IMG/VR virus record: IMGVR_UViG_3300037628_000359
Coordinates: 1 to 50,740 of that record
Reading direction: 5' to 3' (one strand)
DNA from: a virus
Lineage: Duplodnaviria; Caudoviricetes
DNA length: 50,740 bases
A program made the position numbers and the translations under genes. The notes beneath the pieces are model-generated. The model was not told the origin of the DNA, made no database searches, and was given only the letters and a program-made list of their open reading frames with translations. Position 1 is the first letter of the stretch. Each line of letters begins with the position of its first letter. Below, in pieces: positions 44,536 to 50,740 of this stretch.

Positions 44536-44910
44536 ATGAAACATTTCACGTTAATCAGAAGTTATCTACCCCATAAGACAACTGGTGTAATGATCCATGA
44601 AGAATTTAAGATTAAAACGCTTGAATTGCCTTGGCTAAAAAATGCAGTAAATATAAGTTGTATATCTGAAGGTGATTATATTGTCTATCGTGACAAATAT
44701 GGACGCCATCAATATTATGCCATTCAAAACGTAGTCAATAGAACGTTCATTGAAATGCACATAGCAACAAACGTAAAGGATTTATTAGGCTGTATTGGCT
44801 TTAGTCGTGATGATATCGAAAGCCTATTAAAATATGTCGGTGATAACTCATTCACGCTGACAATAACGCATTTTAATCCAGTATTTATGACAGCTAAAAC
44901 GATAGGGTGA
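44536..44910 (+). CDS. DUF5675-like protein (candidate endolysin)
   Basis: TLELPW..N...SCI.EG.Y...R.FIEMH..N..DLLGCI. Confidence 0.7.
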   Translation: MKHFTLIRSYLPHKTTGVMIHEEFKIKTLELPWLKNAVNISCISEGDYIVYRDKYGRHQYYAIQNVVNRTFIEMHIATNVKDLLGCIGFSRDDIESLLKYVGDNSFTLTITHFNPVFMTAKTIG

Positions 44911-44913
44911 TAC

Positions 44914-45309
44914 ATGATAGGGAAAATGACACCATCGGCATTCAATAAAATAATAGAGCAAGATATTGAATGGCTAGAATGCAACACAATCGAATCAGCC
45001 AAAAATAACTCATTAGAATTCGATCACATTATAAATACATTGCGTTATGCGGCTAATCAATATGGTGACAACGGTAAACGCATAGATGAAATAACAAGGA
45101 CGGTTAAGGTGTTAAATTGCTATTGCGGTGCTGAAGCATTAATTGAAGATGATTGCTGTGAATTAGATATAATACGTTGTAGTGATTATTGTAATGATGA
45201 AATGAGTATTATTTTTGCGTCATGCAGTACAGGGCGAAAGTCGGAGGCTGTTGATCAATGGAATGCAAAAATCACGAAGTTTAAAAAATCCGTCACTATA
45301 GGAGAATAA
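44914..45309 (+). CDS. Hypothetical protein, Lar-like Zn-finger C-terminus
   Basis: CYCG...C...C...EAVDQWN. Confidence 0.55.
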   Translation: MIGKMTPSAFNKIIEQDIEWLECNTIESAKNNSLEFDHIINTLRYAANQYGDNGKRIDEITRTVKVLNCYCGAEALIEDDCCELDIIRCSDYCNDEMSIIFASCSTGRKSEAVDQWNAKITKFKKSVTIGE

Positions 45310-45313
45310 GCAA

Positions 45314-45730
45314 ATGAAAGCGAATAAAATATTTTTAGGTGGAACTTGTAACGAAACAACGTGGCGCGATGAGTTGATCAGTTTAATTCAAGTTGATTAT
45401 TTTAATCCTGTTGTTGATGATTGGACAGAAGAATGTATTACTATCGAAGATGCTGAAAAAGCAACATTTTGTAATGTTCATCTATACGTAATCACCGCTG
45501 ATATGCTAGGTGTTTATTCTATAGCTGAAGCTGTTCAATCCAGCTTAACTAAAGGTATAACAACAATATTACACGTTATGCCTGACGGTTTCGGAAAAGA
45601 ACAACTAAAGAGCCTTGATGCCACTTGTGGATTAGTTCGTAATAACGGCGGTATTGCTTATATTGACGATGAATTATCAAGGACAGCCAGAGTTATAAAC
45701 TTTGGGTTTAAGACGACTGATTTTAGTTGA
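45314..45730 (+). CDS. Nucleoside 2-deoxyribosyltransferase-like protein
   Basis: KIFLGGTCNETTWRD...YFNPVVDDW...E...GVYSIAE. Confidence 0.8.
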   Translation: MKANKIFLGGTCNETTWRDELISLIQVDYFNPVVDDWTEECITIEDAEKATFCNVHLYVITADMLGVYSIAEAVQSSLTKGITTILHVMPDGFGKEQLKSLDATCGLVRNNGGIAYIDDELSRTARVINFGFKTTDFS

Positions 45731-46052
45731 TTAACACTATAAACCAAAGCAAGGTGATACATGAAAGATAAATTTAAAGAACATCTTAAACGTTGTGCTG
45801 AAACCGTAAAAAAATGGCCGAAGTGGAAGCGTGACAACTTCTTAATGTTATCAAGAAACCAAAGTGACTATACAGGACCATAATTATGTGGACATTTATT
45901 AACATAGTATTAATCATAATCGGTATTTGCTGTTTAGCATATTCTTTCAAAATTGACGGCACTGAGAGTTACAATGTATTTTTCTATCATGTCATGGCAT
46001 CAGTATTCGGCGGCGGTGGATTTATCAGCGCATTAGTTCAAGAGGCAATAAA

Positions 46053-46283
46053 ATGAAAAAGACAATTTTTGCAGTATCAATATTTTTATTCTCAGGCTGT
46101 TCAATAATGTCTGGAATAATGGATAAAGGTGCAGAAATCAACGACGAGGCTTTAGTAAGCTCTGAATTTATTATCTGTAGTGGTGCAAGCGTTGGAGCAA
46201 TTGAGCGGAGATATAACACCGTAGAATTGCTTGAGGCTCGTAAAACTCTTTGTGATAAAGATATTATAGTGATTGAACCATAA
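46053..46283 (+). CDS. Lipoprotein (possible spanin or lysis accessory)
   Basis: MKK, hydrophobic stretch, FSGC lipobox. Confidence 0.7.
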   Translation: MKKTIFAVSIFLFSGCSIMSGIMDKGAEINDEALVSSEFIICSGASVGAIERRYNTVELLEARKTLCDKDIIVIEP

Positions 46284-46678
46284 TGACTCACTTGCCAGAT
46301 GAAAGAAATAGATTTTACGGCGATGTTGTAACCGAGTGGATAGCCGACGAGTCAAGGATGATGAGACTAAAAGAGGACTTTTCTTTCATCGATGGCAGCG
46401 GAAAGAAATGGTTGGCACCAGAAGGAAGTTTAATAGACGGGGCAAGTATACCTCGTTTTTTTTGGCGTGTAATAGGCTCACCATTCTTCGGTCATTTTCG
46501 GCGCGCATCAGTAATTCATGACGTCTATTGTGTAACCAAATCAGAACCATATAAAAAAGTTCATAAAATGTTTTACAATGCCATGATAGCCGATGGAGTT
46601 AGCAAACGAAAAGCCAAGGCTATGTACTGGGCTGTTAAGATGGGTGGACCAAAGTGGCCAAGTAAATTAAAACCGTGA
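46283..46678 (+). CDS. DUF1353-family protein
   Basis: DGASIPRFFW...ASVIHDVYC...MYWAV..GG. Confidence 0.85.
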   Translation: MTHLPDERNRFYGDVVTEWIADESRMMRLKEDFSFIDGSGKKWLAPEGSLIDGASIPRFFWRVIGSPFFGHFRRASVIHDVYCVTKSEPYKKVHKMFYNAMIADGVSKRKAKAMYWAVKMGGPKWPSKLKP

Positions 46679-46682
46679 TATA

Positions 46683-46916
46683 ATGAATACTATTAAAACC
46701 AATAAAAACGGAATTAAGATGTTTGAATCTAGCTTAGGCGCAGTAAAAACACCAGCAGGATCAATATTAACAGCAATGGCAGTAAAGGCCCAAATGTCAT
46801 GGGCGGAGTGGGGAAGTGGTTTGGTAGATGCACTAACTGATATTTTTGGGTTAGTTGTAGTATTTTTTTTGGTTATTCATTGGTATCGACAGATTTTTAA
46901 AGATAAGGGTAAGTAA
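46683..46916 (+). CDS. Small TM protein, holin candidate
   Basis: Hydrophobic segments and a basic C-terminus, next to lysis-like genes. Confidence 0.45.
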   Translation: MNTIKTNKNGIKMFESSLGAVKTPAGSILTAMAVKAQMSWAEWGSGLVDALTDIFGLVVVFFLVIHWYRQIFKDKGK

Positions 46917-47371
46917 TGGCAATTTCAACAGATGCAGCTATAGAATTTTTTGGCACACAAGATACATTAGGTACTACAAGTGCTGCGGTTGCTGTTGATG
47001 CGTTTAGTATCGCTGGTGACTTATCCACTTGGACTAATGATGATGATGCACCACAGGCAAGTGTAGTATTATTAGCTAACTTCTCTGGAGCGCCAGATGC
47101 TAATTCATCTATTAATTTATATTTAAGATTATTAGATTTACAGTCAACTAATGACCAAGATGTGCCTGATGCCAACTTCCAACATGTATACGTAGGTTCA
47201 TTCCCCCTGAATGATACTACAGCTGCACAGTATATACCTATAAGTATAACCCTACCTAACAACGTAACCTCGCAGCAGTATGAGGTCTATGTAGAGAATA
47301 AGTCAGGGCAGAGTTTACCAGCTGGATGGGATATTTACATAACACCTAAAACAATTGGCCCTCACGCATAA
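46916..47371 (+). CDS. Beta-sandwich virion-associated protein (putative)
   Basis: Beta-rich composition; late-operon position. Confidence 0.55.
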   Translation: MAISTDAAIEFFGTQDTLGTTSAAVAVDAFSIAGDLSTWTNDDDAPQASVVLLANFSGAPDANSSINLYLRLLDLQSTNDQDVPDANFQHVYVGSFPLNDTTAAQYIPISITLPNNVTSQQYEVYVENKSGQSLPAGWDIYITPKTIGPHA

Positions 47372-47380
47372 GGCTCTAAC

Positions 47381-48343
47381 ATGGCGCTTTATACACTACC
47401 TAAACAATACCATCCTGATTTTGCTGATCTGCGCAAAAAGCCGATTAGTGATGTTAAGATTGATAGAGCTAATGTTTTTGGTAAAAACATTACTATTAGC
47501 TTAGTATCACCTGAAATTACTAACTCAATAAATAGTAGCGAAAGTATTTTTACTACAAAAGTTGTTAATGGTAGCAGAGGATATTTTTTTAAAGATGCTT
47601 CGGTAAATCAACGATTAGAGTTTAGTAACACAGATAAAATAGAAGTTCAAAACTTCAGCACTGTAACTCAATTTTCACTGCCAGATGGTAGTACGGACTC
47701 TGCGTATATATATAATGTGGGCGGAAGGGTAAACTTATCTATAGGTCGAGAAGGGGTTTCAGCCGGAAACATGGGCTTTAGCTACTACGATGGAGCATTT
47801 AGGCCGGTAAATATAACAACTGCATTTAATGCGACAGATGTATATACAATAGGAATTTCTAAATCTGAAGGATCTCCATTAAAAGCAGTGTTTTTCAGAA
47901 ATGGAGCGCTTGAATTTTCAGGCGAAACATCAGCAACCGGAAATGTAATTTACGGCACAAGCCGAACAGCTACGCTTGGGAATCTTGGGGATTGGGCAAG
48001 CCCTTTAGTTAATAATCAAAATATTGCGGTATTTAGCCACGTATTTTCACCTAAAGGACTATCAGAACAAGATTTGATAAAATGGTGCCAATTACCCTAC
48101 CAAGCATTTAAGCCAGCAATACCACAAGCATACTTCACTGCTGAAGCTGATGGTGGTATAACAATAACAGATACGAGATTTAACGGAACCACTCCGAACC
48201 TACAATTTAACGGTGATTTAGAAAGTTTTAATTTTAATGGTATAATATCAACACAGAACATAAATGGCACACTATCAAGCTTGATTTATAATGGCTCGAT
48301 AGATGATTTAGAATTTAATGGTGAAATACAGACGGATTGCTAA
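47381..48343 (+). CDS. LamG/concanavalin-like domain protein (putative virion appendage)
   Basis: Beta-rich core ending LSEQDLIKW...PYQ, typical of phage LamG modules; FNG repeats at the C-terminus. Confidence 0.55.
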   Translation: MALYTLPKQYHPDFADLRKKPISDVKIDRANVFGKNITISLVSPEITNSINSSESIFTTKVVNGSRGYFFKDASVNQRLEFSNTDKIEVQNFSTVTQFSLPDGSTDSAYIYNVGGRVNLSIGREGVSAGNMGFSYYDGAFRPVNITTAFNATDVYTIGISKSEGSPLKAVFFRNGALEFSGETSATGNVIYGTSRTATLGNLGDWASPLVNNQNIAVFSHVFSPKGLSEQDLIKWCQLPYQAFKPAIPQAYFTAEADGGITITDTRFNGTTPNLQFNGDLESFNFNGIISTQNINGTLSSLIYNGSIDDLEFNGEIQTDC

Positions 48344-48708
48344 TGGCTAACTTAACGAATAATAGTGGGCAAACTTTTAAGACACATATAACAGAAGAGG
48401 GTGATCCCACAATAACTATTGAGGCGAGTTCATTTACTGAGGCCTTATATAGAATATTTGCAGCGGATTGTACAACTGCCTTGGTAACAGCCAGCTTGTC
48501 AGGTGGTGAAATTGCAGTGGTAGCAGATGTAGATGACGAGGGTAATCCTATCACTGTATTTGAAACAACCCTTCAAAAGGCACAGATGCTTGATACTATT
48601 GTTCCTGCATCACAATATACACATTCTTTTGTGGTTACTAACTCAGACTCGTTACCTTTACCACCCGTATTTCAGAACTCTGTCACGGTAGTTAGGGCGT
48701 GTGATTAA
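48343..48708 (+). CDS. Ig-like/adaptor virion protein (putative)
   Basis: Coupled ORF, beta-rich. Confidence 0.5.
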   Translation: MANLTNNSGQTFKTHITEEGDPTITIEASSFTEALYRIFAADCTTALVTASLSGGEIAVVADVDDEGNPITVFETTLQKAQMLDTIVPASQYTHSFVVTNSDSLPLPPVFQNSVTVVRACD

Positions 48709-49205
48709 TGGCAGCAACTAAAGGAAATAATTTCTATTTAAAGCGCTCAAAGCATGGGAGAGATAAGATATTCAAAACTTCTGATATTATGTGGAAGGCT
48801 GCGCTCGAATACTTTAAAGATGTAGCAGAGAATCCATTAGAAAAAGCTATAGTATACCAGGGTGAAATATCAAATAAACCTGAGCCATTAATGCGCGCTA
48901 TGACAATTAAAGGACTATGTATTTATTGGGGTACACACTCAACATACCTAAATGATTTCGTTTCATCGCTCGACCTAGACAAAAAAGAAGATAAAGATTT
49001 TTCCCAAGTCATAAGTACAATCAAGGAAATTATCGAGACTCAGAAGTTTGAAGGAGCCAGTGCAGGGTTATTAAATCAAAACATTATAGCCAGAGATTTA
49101 GGGCTTGCAGACAAAAAAATAGTAGATGGCGATATTCTAAATCCATTAACGGAAGTCATTAGAGAAATATCAGGGAATACTCTTGGCCCTAATTCCAGCG
49201 ACTAA
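48708..49205 (+). CDS. terS: Terminase small subunit, P22 gp3-like
   Basis: RAMTIKGLC...QKFEGASAGLLNQNIIARDLGL; directly upstream of TerL. Confidence 0.9.
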   Translation: MAATKGNNFYLKRSKHGRDKIFKTSDIMWKAALEYFKDVAENPLEKAIVYQGEISNKPEPLMRAMTIKGLCIYWGTHSTYLNDFVSSLDLDKKEDKDFSQVISTIKEIIETQKFEGASAGLLNQNIIARDLGLADKKIVDGDILNPLTEVIREISGNTLGPNSSD

Positions 49206-50740
49206 AATACCCAAAAATGACAAGGAACTAAAAGAATGCCTTAAGGATCCTTGGTGGCGTTTTAGTAGTGGGTATTTATACAAAATAATGATTAAGGGTG
49301 ATAATGATGAAGATGATCTTGTTATCCCTTTTATTCCTAACGATGCACAAATTAACTTAATTGAAAATATGCACACAAGGAATGATATATTAAAAGCTAG
49401 GCAATTAGGCTTTACCACAGAGATAGCTATATTATTTTTAGACTGTTGTTTATTTCGTAAAAACGTAAGGGCGGCAATAATAGCTCATAACGAAGATGCG
49501 GCAAAAAAGATATTCAGAGATAAGGTGATGTTTGGATATAAAAATCTACCGGTATCCTTAAAAGAAGCAATGCCACTCGAAGTTGAAAATACTAGTGAGT
49601 TAATATTTGCTCACAATAATAGCGGTATAGAAGTAGCAACATCAGTCCGATCAGGCACAAAGCAATACTTACACATATCAGAGTTCGGCAAGATATGCGC
49701 TAAATTCCCAGATAGAGCGGAAGAGATAATTACTGGCTCTATCCCGGCAGTACCTACCAACGGCTTATTATTTATTGAGTCAACAGCAGAAGGTCAAGAC
49801 GGTCACTATTACAAGATAACTAAACGTGCCGAGGCTTTAATGTTATCAGGTAAGAAGTTAAACCCTAAAGATTATAAATTGCATTTCTATCCGTGGTGGG
49901 GCGCTGAAGATTATGTTACCAACCCAGATAATGTATTAATAACTGATAAAGATAATGAATATTTTGATAAAATAGAGAGTGACGCTAAATGTGAAATATC
50001 ACCAGAACAACGTGCATGGTGGGTAATGACCCGCGACTCTGAATTCTCGGGCGAAGAGGAAAAGATGTGGCAAGAATACCCTAGTACCATCAAAGAAGCT
50101 TTTCAAAAATCTAAGGAAGGTTGTTATTACACCGTACAAATGACAGCGCTTAGAAAACAAGGTAAAATAACTAATGTACCATATCGCCCAGGATATCCGG
50201 TAAACACGTTTTGGGACATAGGTAGCGGTGACGGTACGGCTATTTGGTTACATCAAAGAATAGGGCAGCAAGATAATTTTATTAAGTTTATTGAGGGATG
50301 GGGTGAGCCTTATTCGCATTTTGTTGCTGAACTGCAAAAAACCGGTTACGTGTGGGGTACGCATTATTTACCCCATGATGGCGGTCATACAAGGCAAGGA
50401 ACGACAGAGAATTTATCGCCTGAGAAATCATTAAAGAAACTCGGGTTAAATAATATTGAAATACTACCGAGGGTTGATGATATATCTCACGGTATACAAG
50501 CCACAAGAGACGCGTTTGCAACTTGTTGGATTGATGAAACTGAATGTAAAGAAGGTATAGTTCATTTAGATTCATATCGCAAAAGATGGAATAGAACAAC
50601 TGAGAGATTTACGGATCTACCTCTTCATGATATACATTCTGAAGGTGCAGATTCTTTTAGGCAATTTGGGCAATGTTGCCAAAGTGAACGGTTAGAGCCT
50701 AAGAAAAAGAAAGTTAAAAGAACTTACGCTTCAGTATGTA
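49183..50740 (+). CDS. terL: Terminase large subunit (~520 aa; wraps to 132; missing from ORF track)
   Basis: Probable TTG start at 49183; Walker A LKARQLGFTT, Walker B LHISE, FIESTAEG, nuclease FWDIG..D, LPHDG, ADSFR. Confidence 0.92.
   Translation, partial: MALIPATKIPKNDKELKECLKDPWWRFSSGYLYKIMIKGDNDEDDLVIPFIPNDAQINLIENMHTRNDILKARQLGFTTEIAILFLDCCLFRKNVRAAIIAHNEDAAKKIFRDKVMFGYKNLPVSLKEAMPLEVENTSELIFAHNNSGIEVATSVRSGTKQYLHISEFGKICAKFPDRAEEIITGSIPAVPTNGLLFIESTAEGQDGHYYKITKRAEALMLSGKKLNPKDYKLHFYPWWGAEDYVTNPDNVLITDKDNEYFDKIESDAKCEISPEQRAWWVMTRDSEFSGEEEKMWQEYPSTIKEAFQKSKEGCYYTVQMTALRKQGKITNVPYRPGYPVNTFWDIGSGDGTAIWLHQRIGQQDNFIKFIEGWGEPYSHFVAELQKTGYVWGTHYLPHDGGHTRQGTTENLSPEKSLKKLGLNNIEILPRVDDISHGIQATRDAFATCWIDETECKEGIVHLDSYRKRWNRTTERFTDLPLHDIHSEGADSFRQFGQCCQSERLEPKKKKVKRTYASVC
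50614..50740. repeat. Terminal direct repeat, copy 2
   Basis: Identical to 1-127. Confidence 0.95.

Noticed and set aside
50614-50740. 127-bp terminal repeat as a biological DTR
   Set aside because: It falls mid-TerL and equals a common assembler k-mer; P22-like terminases imply headful packaging with permuted ends.

Overview
The window is a complete, circularly permuted dsDNA phage genome of about 50,613 bp. Bases 50614-50740 repeat bases 1-127, which is most likely an assembler overlap. The virion module is P22-like (podovirus): TerS, TerL (wraps the ends), portal, scaffold, gp5-like coat, gp4- and gp10-like tail proteins, three ejection proteins and short tail fibre genes. The genome is AT-rich with sigma70-type promoters; a marine gamma-proteobacterial host is an inference. 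I found no integrase, clear CI repressor, DNA polymerase, primase or helicase. Accessory content includes an ~8.2 kb island between portal and scaffold (TerD/TerB/TerC, a SPOUT RNA methyltransferase, an Ntn/HslV-like protease, and a duplicated HTH module), three DNA methyltransferases, RecE-, Ref- and RuvC-like nucleases, MazG-like and NDT-like enzymes, an outer-membrane beta-barrel, three HNH/AP2 endonucleases and three atypical tRNAs. The most notable signals are: (i) a family of 90-200 nt structured ncRNA-like elements closed by long, partly homologous, covarying stems, (ii) tRNAs with short variable arms and A37 alongside a stand-alone SPOUT methylase, (iii) a cupin-SET fusion inside the virion operon, and (iv) repeated intergenic hairpin and boundary elements suggesting cassette shuffling. 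All family assignments come from motif recognition by eye, not database searches.
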